DNA from: Candidatus Thalassarchaeum betae
Lineage (GTDB): Archaea > Thermoplasmatota > Poseidoniia > Poseidoniales > Thalassarchaeaceae
DNA length: 64,000 nucleotides
Assembly (NCBI GenBank): GCA_003193925.1
Contig: PSPG01000003.1
Location: forward strand, 1-64,000
Direction: 5' to 3'
The notes beneath the pieces are model-generated. The model saw only the letters and a list, made by a program, of their open reading frames with translations, was not told the DNA's origin and made no database searches. This document shows positions 25,670 to 35,061 of this stretch, in pieces. Positions within the stretch are counted from its first letter, which is position 1; every line of letters starts with the position of its first letter. The translations under genes and the position numbers were made by a program.

Positions 25670-28600
25670 ATGCGCTCGCATGCGAGTCTCGCTCTTGGGC
25701 TCGCAATGCTGATGCTGATGTCGGCTCAGTCCGGCGTTTTAATGGCTCAGGATGCCAAGTCTGAGGAACTCTACGACTTCCGTGTGATGGAATCCTCCGT
25801 CAGAACCACCAATCTGGTCGATGTCCCCTCTTGGAAGATAAACGACATATGGAACTACGACGGAGCACTGGACGTCAGGGACTTCGTGGCGGCCGCGGAC
25901 GTCAGCACGAACGTCCAGTTCCTCGATGGGACCATGACTCAGAGGGTCGCGAGCATCAGCATGATGGACGTCGCTGGCGTGGACACCCTAGTCTATAGGG
26001 TGGAGTCTGATGGCTACTACGAAGCCGAGGGCATCAACCTCGATGGTTACAGCGGCGACCTGGTCGTCCAGATGGATACCGAGGAGTATTTTCGTGTCTC
26101 AGACCTTGCATCAATTCAGTATGAAGCTACTTTCGACATCGACTTCCTCTACCAGATATTGTGGTGGACATACACCATTCATGTAGCCGACCTAGTCGTC
26201 GACACCAGTTACTCCCCTCCTCTCGAGGGGTATGACTTCCCAATCAGCGTCGGAGAGGAATGGGAGACTGACTACTACCAGGAGACTGACTACAGCGGCT
26301 CGAGCGATTACGTCGATATCCCATCAGACAGCGCCAGTAGCAACACGACCAGTTGGGAGACCGTCAGCCAAGGCTACCCGGGAGTCTTCTACAGCGGCTG
26401 CGCGCAGTCGTACAACATCACCAACTACGACCACATCAATTCGATCAAACACCAGACGGGCTACAAGTGGTACTGCCCCGCCATTCGAGGCGACATTCGC
26501 TCCTCTCTGACCATTTCAGGAATAGGTATCCTCGCCGAGCACGAGCTCACGTCCTATCAGCCGTCAGGGCGCTGCAAGCAGATCTCTGTCGAAGTCGCCC
26601 ACCCCCTCTCACCGGTGGACTTCGAGATGTCGGCTTGGCTCAATGCAACCAACTGCGGCGGCGGCACCAACAGTCCACTAGCAGGGCAGAGCCTAGAATT
26701 TCGGTACGAGATTGGCGGAGATATCCGGAACGTGACCACAGCCGACAACGGCTCGGCCTTCATCACCTTCGACACGGGCCACAGTGCCGATGACACCGTG
26801 AGCGAGACAGATCTCGGCAGTCACGGTGTGGTGGCCTGGATACCCGGAGAGAAAATCATAGGTGCTGCCACGATTACCATCGATTCGGATGTTCACCAAG
26901 TGGACTTGGTGGCTCGCTCTGAAGGCGTCACTGTGGAGAGGACGCGGGGCAACAGGACGGTGACGCTCGATTCGAACATAGGATTCAACGCGATTTCCAG
27001 CGACGAGTTGATATTCAGTGTACCAGTCCTCAATAGAGGGATTATCGACTCCCCTGGAACCACTCTGGTAGTCGAGGCCCCTGATGGCTCGACCTCCTCG
27101 ACCTCCGTGCCTAGCCTGTCGAGTCTCGAGGAGTCGAGGGTGAACGTGAGTTGGACGGTTCCCGAGAACCACCCCCACGGCGACATCAGCCTCTCCTTCG
27201 TCGTCGACCCCGAGCAGCAGATTACTACCGACGGCAACCGCTCGAACAACGAAGGTTCGTTCTCCCTGTTCATCGGGAGTTTGCCGACCGCGTCACTGTC
27301 GATTGTGACCGAGGCGCTCACACTTGCCGAGGTCACGTTCAACGGGCTTTCCTCGTACGACCCCGATGGGGGTGCCGTTACATGCGAATTCAGTGTTGAA
27401 GAATTGAATGGAGATACCTCGACCTCATCCGAGGAGGACTGCATCCACGAGTACACCTGGGACGACGACGGCACCTTCCTCGTGACTTTGACCATCACCG
27501 ACAACGAGAACGACCGGGATTACGCAGAGGCGCTCATCACCATCCTGAACCGGCCACCCGAGGTCGCTATCGGCTCCAATCTCGACTCCGTCCCAGTACT
27601 GTCCCCGGTGACCTTCGACGTCACCGAGAGCGGCGACCTCGACACTCAGAATCCCGAAGCCCCCATCGACATACAGTGGCACTCGCCCTGTGAAGAGGGC
27701 CAGGTCGGCGTGCGCTGCACCATCACACCCAATGCCGAAGGGACCTACACTGTCGAGGTCACGGTGATGGACGACGACGGGGCGACGACCGATGACTCAC
27801 TCATTATCAGTGTGACCAACATCGACCCGACGAACCCCCAGGCCGAGATTTGGCTCGGTCCGAACAGACTGATTCCGGACAGCGTCGGCAGGTACTTCGT
27901 CAACGAAGGCGATGCCTTGCTGTTGCGAGGCTGGGCGGAGGACTCGGAGAACGATCTTGACGGACACCAGCACCACTGGTCGCCTGATGCGGAGCTGAAT
28001 CCCGAGTTGGTGATCAGCAGCGTCGGCTACTACAGCACCATCGAGCACGTCTACCACATTTCAGGCCAGCATCTGGCTACTTTGCAGATAGTCGATGACG
28101 ACGGGGCCAGCACGGAGACGCTGATCGTGCCGATCATCGTCAACAACGTGGCCCCGTCGATCGGCCCGATAGCGCCACTGCTTCCCGTCGCCGAGGACCA
28201 GCCGGTCCAACTGTCAGTCGAAGTCACCGACACGATGGGCGACCTGCCGAACCTCATCCACTGCTTTGACCTCGACCCGTACACCAATTCGGACTCTGAG
28301 GGCAACGAGAGCGATGACTGCGACGTGGAGTCGCGGCACCTCGCTCATTCCTGGGCCGATGCGACCACCGCTCCCGACTACATCGTGTTCCACGTCACCG
28401 ACGACGACGGTGCGCGAGACTACATCGCCATCTCGATAGACGTCAACAACCTCGACCCAGTGGCACGCGCTACCGCCAGCGATTACAAGCCGACAGAGGG
28501 CGATGTGATTATCTTCTCTGCCAACGGGACCACGGACTCCGAATACGACATGGGGAACATGGTCTACATCTGGGATCTCGATATCTACGAAGACAGCAAT

Positions 28601-29239
28601 GGTGACGGGGACCCCGCTAACGACCTCGACAGGCAGGGCGTGTGGATAACGGTCAGTTTCGAAGGCGAGGGCACCCGGACGGTGCAGATGACCGCCTTCG
28701 ACGAGGGCGAAGGAGCTTCGATCACTCTGGTCATCGAGGTCCAGAAGGCCCCCTTCAGCCTTGGCGGCTTAGTCGCCGCCTACGGACTCTACATCGTACT
28801 GTTTGGCATGATAGTGGTTCTCGGTGTGGTTCTGATGCAGAGACTACGCCCCTCTGAAGTCGTCGTCAAGGCCCCTGAGGTCAGAGGCAAGCCGCGACGC
28901 CGGGGCAAGCGCATCTCGATGGACGACGCCTTCGACGACCCGGAGTACGACCCTTTCGATTCCGAGAAGAGGAAGTCAGGGCCGAAGAAGTCCCCGGGAG
29001 AGACCGAGTGGTGGTCCGATGCGGAGACACCTACGGTGGAGGAGACCGGGCCGGTCATCCCGGAGCCCCTTGACCCGGAGGAGCCGCAGAAGATGGAGGA
29101 CCTCGCCAGTGCATTCGATAAATTGACAGGCGAGGCACCGCACGAAGACGAACCGGAAGAGGAGGATCCGGAGTCAGTCGCGGCGTCAGTAGATGAGGCC
29201 CTGGACGATGATGACATCGAAGCACTCTTTGATGATTAG
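25670..29239 (+). CDS. Large surface protein with CARDB and multiple PKD-like domains, a C-terminal TM helix and an acidic cytoplasmic tail
   Basis: Signal peptide; VLNRG...VDPEQ...NRSNN (CARDB); repeated SYDPDG / V(T/M)DDDGA motifs (PKD); TM helix GLYIVLFGMIVVLGVVL. Confidence 0.8.
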   Translation: MRSHASLALGLAMLMLMSAQSGVLMAQDAKSEELYDFRVMESSVRTTNLVDVPSWKINDIWNYDGALDVRDFVAAADVSTNVQFLDGTMTQRVASISMMDVAGVDTLVYRVESDGYYEAEGINLDGYSGDLVVQMDTEEYFRVSDLASIQYEATFDIDFLYQILWWTYTIHVADLVVDTSYSPPLEGYDFPISVGEEWETDYYQETDYSGSSDYVDIPSDSASSNTTSWETVSQGYPGVFYSGCAQSYNITNYDHINSIKHQTGYKWYCPAIRGDIRSSLTISGIGILAEHELTSYQPSGRCKQISVEVAHPLSPVDFEMSAWLNATNCGGGTNSPLAGQSLEFRYEIGGDIRNVTTADNGSAFITFDTGHSADDTVSETDLGSHGVVAWIPGEKIIGAATITIDSDVHQVDLVARSEGVTVERTRGNRTVTLDSNIGFNAISSDELIFSVPVLNRGIIDSPGTTLVVEAPDGSTSSTSVPSLSSLEESRVNVSWTVPENHPHGDISLSFVVDPEQQITTDGNRSNNEGSFSLFIGSLPTASLSIVTEALTLAEVTFNGLSSYDPDGGAVTCEFSVEELNGDTSTSSEEDCIHEYTWDDDGTFLVTLTITDNENDRDYAEALITILNRPPEVAIGSNLDSVPVLSPVTFDVTESGDLDTQNPEAPIDIQWHSPCEEGQVGVRCTITPNAEGTYTVEVTVMDDDGATTDDSLIISVTNIDPTNPQAEIWLGPNRLIPDSVGRYFVNEGDALLLRGWAEDSENDLDGHQHHWSPDAELNPELVISSVGYYSTIEHVYHISGQHLATLQIVDDDGASTETLIVPIIVNNVAPSIGPIAPLLPVAEDQPVQLSVEVTDTMGDLPNLIHCFDLDPYTNSDSEGNESDDCDVESRHLAHSWADATTAPDYIVFHVTDDDGARDYIAISIDVNNLDPVARATASDYKPTEGDVIIFSANGTTDSEYDMGNMVYIWDLDIYEDSNGDGDPANDLDRQGVWITVSFEGEGTRTVQMTAFDEGEGASITLVIEVQKAPFSLGGLVAAYGLYIVLFGMIVVLGVVLMQRLRPSEVVVKAPEVRGKPRRRGKRISMDDAFDDPEYDPFDSEKRKSGPKKSPGETEWWSDAETPTVEETGPVIPEPLDPEEPQKMEDLASAFDKLTGEAPHEDEPEEEDPESVAASVDEALDDDDIEALFDD

Positions 29240-29253
29240 GTGCAGCCGGGCCC

Positions 29254-29730
29254 ATGGTAAACCTGTTCAGGCTGCTGGGATTGCCCGATCCGTCCAAGAT
29301 CCAGCAGGGCTCGGCGAAGGCCGGGGGGGTGTCCGTGGACCCCGGGCCCCAGGCCGATGACAAGTTCCACGACCTCGGGGAGGCTATGTGGTCCGAGCGG
29401 ACCAGCAGGATTACTCCTCGGCCCAATCGCCAGGTCGTATACATGAGGCCTGACGACCTACACCGGCTCCCCTTGCACGGAGTCGAGCAGAACCTTGCCG
29501 AGGGCGACATGCTACTAGTCGACTTGGGCTCGCTCACTCACATGCCGAGTCAGCAGGACGTCTGCAAGAAGCGTGTCCGGGACATGGGCGAGAGAATCGG
29601 GCTCCCGGTATTCTCGCTGAACGAGTCGGACACGCTGCTCATGGTGCCCGGAGCCCGGATGAGGGTCGACACGGTCAGGCACAAACTCGGCATGGCCATC
29701 TGGAGTCAATTACCAGAGTCCGAATTCTGA
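29254..29730 (+). CDS. sepF: Cell division protein SepF-like
   Basis: Amphipathic N-terminus (MVNLFRLLG), LAEGDMLLVDL and LLMVPGARMRV resemble the archaeal SepF core. Confidence 0.6.
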   Translation: MVNLFRLLGLPDPSKIQQGSAKAGGVSVDPGPQADDKFHDLGEAMWSERTSRITPRPNRQVVYMRPDDLHRLPLHGVEQNLAEGDMLLVDLGSLTHMPSQQDVCKKRVRDMGERIGLPVFSLNESDTLLMVPGARMRVDTVRHKLGMAIWSQLPESEF

Positions 29731-29954
29731 GAGTTGTCCTCGTCCGGTATGGGGCCGTCTTCCAGCCATGTGTCCAGAACGCCAGAGGCAACCTCGGAGG
29801 CGGTGTGCTCGGTGAAGTCCCGGTATGCGAGCCACTCGGCGATGATCTCGTCGTCCTCGCCGCGCTTCCTCTTGCGCTCGATGGAGGCGTCGGCATACGT
29901 CACGCAGCGCCGCAGGAACAACTCGATCAGTCTGCGGCGCTCGTCTACGTCCAT
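29706..29954 (-). CDS. Small helical hypothetical protein
   Basis: MDVDERRRLIELFLRRC...WLAYRDFTEH...LDTWLE; starts 4 nt after the bcp stop. Confidence 0.65.
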   Translation of the reverse strand: MDVDERRRLIELFLRRCVTYADASIERKRKRGEDDEIIAEWLAYRDFTEHTASEVASGVLDTWLEDGPIPDEDNSQNSDSGN

Positions 29955-29958
29955 CCTC

Positions 29959-30441
29959 TCACCACACCCCCAAGTCGGACAACAGCTGCTCCACGTGGCC
30001 TTTGGGGCTGACCTTGTAGCCAACCCAACGTAGAGCCCCATCGGAGGCGACCGCGAAGGTCGAGCGCAGGGTTCCCATGTATGTATTGCCATACATGCTC
30101 TTCTCCCTCCAAGTGCCGTAGGCCTCGTGCAGCGAGGCGTCCTCGTCCACAATCAACTCGAAGGGGAGATCGTGCTTGTCGATGAACCCCTGATGACTCT
30201 TCGCGGAGTCGGTGGAGACCCCGATGACCCTCCACCCGGAGTTGCTGAACCGCCCGAAGCTGTCGCGGAAGTCGCAGGCTTGGACGGTGCAGCCGGAGGT
30301 GTTGTCGCGCGGGTAGAAGTAGAGTATCACGCCTTGGCCTGAAGCCAGCATCTCGGAGAGTCGGATCACGGTGCCGTCAGTCACCGTGGCCTCGAAGTCG
30401 GGCGCCTCATCGCCCGCCCCCAACTCCACAGGGTTCGCCAT
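29959..30441 (-). CDS. bcp: Peroxiredoxin, BCP/PrxQ type
   Basis: YFYPRDNTSGCTVQAC, GVSTD, RSTF. Confidence 0.92.
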   Translation of the reverse strand: MANPVELGAGDEAPDFEATVTDGTVIRLSEMLASGQGVILYFYPRDNTSGCTVQACDFRDSFGRFSNSGWRVIGVSTDSAKSHQGFIDKHDLPFELIVDEDASLHEAYGTWREKSMYGNTYMGTLRSTFAVASDGALRWVGYKVSPKGHVEQLLSDLGVW

Positions 30442-30485
30442 GGCTCTGCGAATCCGCTCGTGGATAAAAACCGACGGCTGAGGAC

Positions 30486-31133
30486 TCAGACGCCCATCTC
30501 CTCGCGGATGCGCTTCTTCGTAGCCGCCCACGAGCATATCGGGCACTCGGTGAGGTCGTGGCGCAGGGCCGGGCAGTGCTCCCTGCCGAAGTAGATGATT
30601 TGCAGGTGACGGCGAACCCAAGTGTCCGCGGGGAACACCGTCTTCAGGTCGCGCTCGGTCTGGACCACGTTGCGCCCGTCGGACAGGCCCCAGCGCGTGG
30701 CCAGCCGGTGGATGTGCGTGTCGACGGGGAAGGCGGGCACCCCGAAGGCCTGAGCCATCAGCACGCCGGCGGTCTTGTGGCCGACGCCGGCTAGTGACTC
30801 GAGGAACTCCCAGTCCGGGCGCACGCCGCCGCCGTCCGCGACAATCTGCTCTGCCATCCGGCGGAGGTTCCTCGCCTTGGTAGGAGCTAGGCCGATTTCG
30901 CGGATGATACCATGGATCTCGCCGACCTCGAGTTCGGCCATCCGCTCAGGCGTGTCTGCAGCGGCGAACAGAGCCGGAGTGACCTCGTTGACCTTCTTGT
31001 CAGTGGTCCGCGCTGACAGCATCACCGCGACCAGCAGCGTATAGGGGTCGATGTGATCGAGCGGAATGGGCTGCTCGGGGTAGAGATCGTCGAGTATCTG
31101 GCCGGCCCTATGCGCCTTTTCAGCCCGGCGCAT
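30486..31133 (-). CDS. nth: Endonuclease III (HhH-GPD glycosylase/AP lyase)
   Basis: LLVAVMLSA, LAGVGHKTA (HhH Lys), FPVDTHIHR and a C-terminal Cys cluster. Confidence 0.93.
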   Translation of the reverse strand: MRRAEKAHRAGQILDDLYPEQPIPLDHIDPYTLLVAVMLSARTTDKKVNEVTPALFAAADTPERMAELEVGEIHGIIREIGLAPTKARNLRRMAEQIVADGGGVRPDWEFLESLAGVGHKTAGVLMAQAFGVPAFPVDTHIHRLATRWGLSDGRNVVQTERDLKTVFPADTWVRRHLQIIYFGREHCPALRHDLTECPICSWAATKKRIREEMGV

Positions 31134-31135
31134 CG

Positions 31136-31339
31136 CTATCCCTCCTGATCCTCTCTGAGGCCCAGCGTGAAGGCGGCGGCGATGCAAAGTCCCGGGATCC
31201 CGTAGCACGGGCCGTACATCCAGGTCTCCCACTCGGAGGATTGGGAGGGGCCGCCCAAGAGCAAGTAGGCTGCGAGAGCGATCAGGATGCTGGGGATGAC
31301 TGCGACCGCGGCGAAGATGGTGGCGCGCATCAGTCGCAT
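31136..31339 (-). CDS. Small 2-TM membrane protein
   Basis: Two hydrophobic helices; ends 2 nt before the nth start. Confidence 0.6.
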   Translation of the reverse strand: MRLMRATIFAAVAVIPSILIALAAYLLLGGPSQSSEWETWMYGPCYGIPGLCIAAAFTLGLREDQEG

Positions 31340-31374
31340 GCACCATCCTCCCCTACTCATCTGATGAAGGTTCG

Positions 31375-33315
31375 TCACAGGCCGAACAGCCGTTCGATCT
31401 CGGCTCCGCTGCGGGTGTTGAGCACGTCTGCGGCCCCCAGCCAGCCCTTGCGGGCGATCTGCACGCCGAACCACACGTCCCGCAGCCCGTCGGTGTCGTG
31501 GGCGTCTGGGTTGATGCATACGGGAACCCCCTGCTCCTTAGCGTACTTGCACAACCTCCAGTCGAGGTCGAGCCGGTAGGGCGAGGCGTTGATCTCGACA
31601 GCCTTCAGCTCGCCCTCGGCGTTTAGCTCGCCCATCCTGCGGAGTACGGCGTGCATATCGACGGGGAAGCCCTCCCTGCCCTGCAGGATGCGTCCCGTCG
31701 GGTGACCGAGGATGGTGAACGTCGGGTTCTCTACAGCCTTGATTAGCGCCTCGGTGTTGGCTATCTCGTCCCGGCTGCGCCAGCTTCCCAGCGCGTGGAC
31801 GCTGCCGACCACGTGGGTCAGGGACCGGCGGACCTCGTCGGTGTAGTCTAGGCTGCCATCGACGAGAATATCGCACTCGCTGCCGTGCAGCAGCCGGAAG
31901 TCGGTGCCCTCGTCGCGCCACTGCTCGTTCAGGGTGCGGATTGCATCCGACTGAGCTGCCACCTCGGCGCCGGGTACTCCTATCTGCCGGCCTCCGATGT
32001 TCAGGACCTCGGAATGGTCGGCTATTCCGAGGTACTCCCAGCCTAGGTTCATCGCGGCGGCTGCCATCTCCTCCAGTGTCGCCGTGCCGTCTGATGCCAC
32101 TGTGTGATTGTGGAGTGCGCCCCTGATGTCGTCTGGCTCGATTAGCCCCGGCAGGCCAGCGCCTCCAGTGCTGGCTGCCTCTATCTCGCCCATGTCCTCA
32201 CGCATCTCGGGCGGGACCCAAGCCATTCCGAGATGGCGGTAGATATCCGACTCGTCGGCACACTCGAGAGTGTGCTTGGCAGCCTCCATACCGGTGCTGT
32301 CGCCAGCGGCCTCCTCGGGGAAGAGACCGAACTCATTGAGACGCAGTCCGCGGTCGATGGCAATCTGCCTCATCCGAATGTTGTGCTCCTTCGAGCCGGT
32401 GAAGTACGCGAGGGTGAACGGGAAGGTGGCGGGGGCGACGATCCTCACCTGGGCGTCGATTGTCGCATCACTACTGCGCTCCTTCAAAGTCTCAGCCAGT
32501 TGGACATCGACGCTGCCGCCTCCAACAGCTCCCCCCAGCATGTCGGCCTCTAGGATGAGGCTGATTTTCGACTCGCCGTGGCCCTTGACCTCGGCTATGC
32601 CTGGGAAGGCCAGAATCGCCTCGATGACCGAGTCATGGTCATCCGTCTCGGCCCCGACGACGATGTCGAGGTCGCCGATGGTCTCCCTGCGTCTGCGGGT
32701 GCTGCCGGCCAACTCGGCCCTGATTACACCGGGTATGGCAGAGATGCGCTCCTCGAACGCTTGGCCGTAGAGCAGTCCCACATCCATCCTGCTGCGCCCC
32801 TGATAGCGGCGTAGTAACTCGATTCCCTCGAGATACTTCTGCTGGCTCTTCTCGCCGAACCCGGACAGCGGGGCGATGTGGCCCATCTCACAGGCCGCCT
32901 TCAGCGACTCGACTGAGTCGACACCCAGCTCCTCGTGCAGGATGCGGGCTCGCTTAGGGCCGAGCCCGGGGATTCCTATTATCTCCATGAGGCCAGGTGG
33001 GATGCGCTCGTACAGACTCGTCAAATCTCCCCATGTTCCCTCGAGCACGGCTCTCGTAATCAGTCCACCCAGGCCCTTGCCGATTCCTTTGACGTCGGTG
33101 ATCCTCTCCTCCTGAACCACGGTGAGCAGGTCCTCCTCGAGCGAGGCAAGGGCGCGGCTGGCGTTCTGGTAGGCGATGACGCGGAAGCGGTTGGCCCCGT
33201 CGAGCTCCAGCAGGACGCCGACCTGCTCGAGAACGGCCACTATCTGCGACTTGGTGATGAACGGTGGGCCCTCTGACCTCGCCTTAGGCAGACTCCAGCC
33301 GGATACCTTGACCAC
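31375..33315 (-). CDS. polX: Family X DNA polymerase fused to a PHP 3'-5' exonuclease domain
   Basis: NRFRVIAY, HhH motifs (GIGKG, GLGPKR), AGSTRR..GDLD, FTGSKEHN, PPEMRE; PHP motifs HNHT..SDG, DHS, GHPTGR, NPDAH. Confidence 0.93.
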   Translation of the reverse strand: MVKVSGWSLPKARSEGPPFITKSQIVAVLEQVGVLLELDGANRFRVIAYQNASRALASLEEDLLTVVQEERITDVKGIGKGLGGLITRAVLEGTWGDLTSLYERIPPGLMEIIGIPGLGPKRARILHEELGVDSVESLKAACEMGHIAPLSGFGEKSQQKYLEGIELLRRYQGRSRMDVGLLYGQAFEERISAIPGVIRAELAGSTRRRRETIGDLDIVVGAETDDHDSVIEAILAFPGIAEVKGHGESKISLILEADMLGGAVGGGSVDVQLAETLKERSSDATIDAQVRIVAPATFPFTLAYFTGSKEHNIRMRQIAIDRGLRLNEFGLFPEEAAGDSTGMEAAKHTLECADESDIYRHLGMAWVPPEMREDMGEIEAASTGGAGLPGLIEPDDIRGALHNHTVASDGTATLEEMAAAAMNLGWEYLGIADHSEVLNIGGRQIGVPGAEVAAQSDAIRTLNEQWRDEGTDFRLLHGSECDILVDGSLDYTDEVRRSLTHVVGSVHALGSWRSRDEIANTEALIKAVENPTFTILGHPTGRILQGREGFPVDMHAVLRRMGELNAEGELKAVEINASPYRLDLDWRLCKYAKEQGVPVCINPDAHDTDGLRDVWFGVQIARKGWLGAADVLNTRSGAEIERLFGL

Positions 33316-33408
33316 GGCTCCAACCAGTGGTCACCCGCCTTGATTCTGTCCCTCGGGGGCCGAGGCCTCCTCCCCAACTTACTCAAGCGGGTTCGCTTAC
33401 GAAGGGGC

Positions 33409-33750
33409 ATGGACCCAGTCGGCTTAGCGGAGACGGTCTCGGTGAGTCTTTGCAGTCTGGCAGTGCTGCTCTGGATGTCGATAGGGACCTTCTCCCGGAC
33501 CGAGGCTGCAGAGCTGCTTGCACAGCGGGTCATAGCCGCGCTCTGCATAATCTCCGCAATCCTACTGTTCGCCCTCCACCATATGGGAGGCGAGCTCTGG
33601 GGCTCGAGGAACGTGGCACGTCCCCTAGCGGTCGTAGCCGTCATCGTGGCCTTGGCAGGGATGCTGAACATCAAGGGAAAGGACATCCGGGGAGAGACCA
33701 ATCCGCACAATATCGCGAAGATTCGCCAAGAGAAGAAGCCTAAGGACTAG
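33409..33750 (+). CDS. 3-TM hypothetical membrane protein
   Basis: MDPVGLAETV...; three hydrophobic helices and a basic C-terminal tail. Confidence 0.6.
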   Translation: MDPVGLAETVSVSLCSLAVLLWMSIGTFSRTEAAELLAQRVIAALCIISAILLFALHHMGGELWGSRNVARPLAVVAVIVALAGMLNIKGKDIRGETNPHNIAKIRQEKKPKD

Positions 33751-34022
33751 TCGTTCGCGATCTTGTCATCGATGAAGGCGCGCATGTACGCGGGCAACTC
33801 GCCATTGACGAAGACGACGTCGTTGACATCGTGGAGTTTCATCAGAGAGTAGTAGATCTGCATCGCGGTCATCGGGGTGGCGCTGCACCCGGTGCAACCT
33901 CCCTCTAGAGAGATCATGATCACCCCATCAGTGGTATCCATCACGTTGACGACGCCGTCATGGGCGTCGAGGACCGCCTGAACGGGGCCCACAGAGTCGA
34001 GAATCGTCTGCTTGTCGACCAT
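33747..34022 (-). CDS. NifU/Nfu-type Fe-S carrier protein
   Basis: AHDGVV...ISLEGGCTGC, the NifU C-terminal CxxC motif. Confidence 0.8.
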   Translation of the reverse strand: MVDKQTILDSVGPVQAVLDAHDGVVNVMDTTDGVIMISLEGGCTGCSATPMTAMQIYYSLMKLHDVNDVVFVNGELPAYMRAFIDDKIAND

Positions 34023-34088
34023 CCGGTACCCTCCTCCGGCGGTCCAGTCCATGCGGGGGGCTTTCAACCAATTGCCGCTACGGAGGCC

Positions 34089-34988
34089 ATGGGCGCGCAC
34101 ACGCGGGTGGTGCTGCTTGACCTGCTGGTCGAGCTCTCCGAGTTCGGACACGGCGGCAATCAGGAGATGGTACGGCCACTCGCGGACAGCGGGAGCGTCG
34201 AGGTTCTGCTCCTCACTCCGCAGATGCAATCGCACGAAGCGGGGGAGCGGGCTCAGTCCGAAGGGGAGACGCTTCTGACCGAGGACGACGTTCCGCACTG
34301 GGACGACGATTTCGGCTTCTGGCAGGAGTGCGAGCTGCAGATGGGGGGCAATCCGGTGACGTTCCGCCGCATCGCGATGCCACTGCACGGTGACGATGAG
34401 TTGACTGCACAGTGGTTCAACGGGCTAGGCGTCGATGCGCTCTACTGCGGCGGCTCTCGCCGCAACGTCTCGATATGGGAGGACTGGATGGAGGGCTGCG
34501 CCGCCCTCATGCGAGCCTCGGTGAGCTCTGGCACGCCCACGCTAGGGATCTGCTTCGGCCACCAACTGCTGTGCAAGGCGCTCGGTGCGACCATCACCCG
34601 AGCCGACTCCCTGTCGAACGGGGTCTGGGACCTCGATTTGACAGCCGAGGGCAGAAGCGACCGTCTCTTCCAAGCCAGGCGCACTGGCGCTGACGACTCG
34701 CCCGTAGTCCTGTTCACCCACAAGGACCACGTGGTCACAGTTCCCGACTGCTGCACCCTGCTCGGTAGCACCGAGCACAATCCAGTCACCGCCGTGCGCG
34801 TTTACGACGGGGGGGGCAACGCCCTGCCGTCGTGGGGAGTGCAATTCCACCCAGAGGCTGCGAAGACTCGCGTCGAGCGCGCCTTCGAGTGGGGGCACAT
34901 CACCGAAGAGGAGATGGACTCGTTCCAGCGCGAGCACGACGGAGCCGGCATCCTCGCTTCATTCGCCTCGGTCGTGCTCGAAAACTGA
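34089..34988 (+). CDS. Stand-alone class I glutamine amidotransferase (GMP-synthase-like)
   Basis: GGSRRNV, LGICFGHQ, HKDHV, GVQFHPE. Confidence 0.85.
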   Translation: MGAHTRVVLLDLLVELSEFGHGGNQEMVRPLADSGSVEVLLLTPQMQSHEAGERAQSEGETLLTEDDVPHWDDDFGFWQECELQMGGNPVTFRRIAMPLHGDDELTAQWFNGLGVDALYCGGSRRNVSIWEDWMEGCAALMRASVSSGTPTLGICFGHQLLCKALGATITRADSLSNGVWDLDLTAEGRSDRLFQARRTGADDSPVVLFTHKDHVVTVPDCCTLLGSTEHNPVTAVRVYDGGGNALPSWGVQFHPEAAKTRVERAFEWGHITEEEMDSFQREHDGAGILASFASVVLEN

Positions 34989-35061
34989 AAGCGGTCCGCC
35001 CCGTAGGGGCGGGGCCATTGGATTTGGATTATAAGCGGGCCTTTGGTCGACGGGGCGACAG

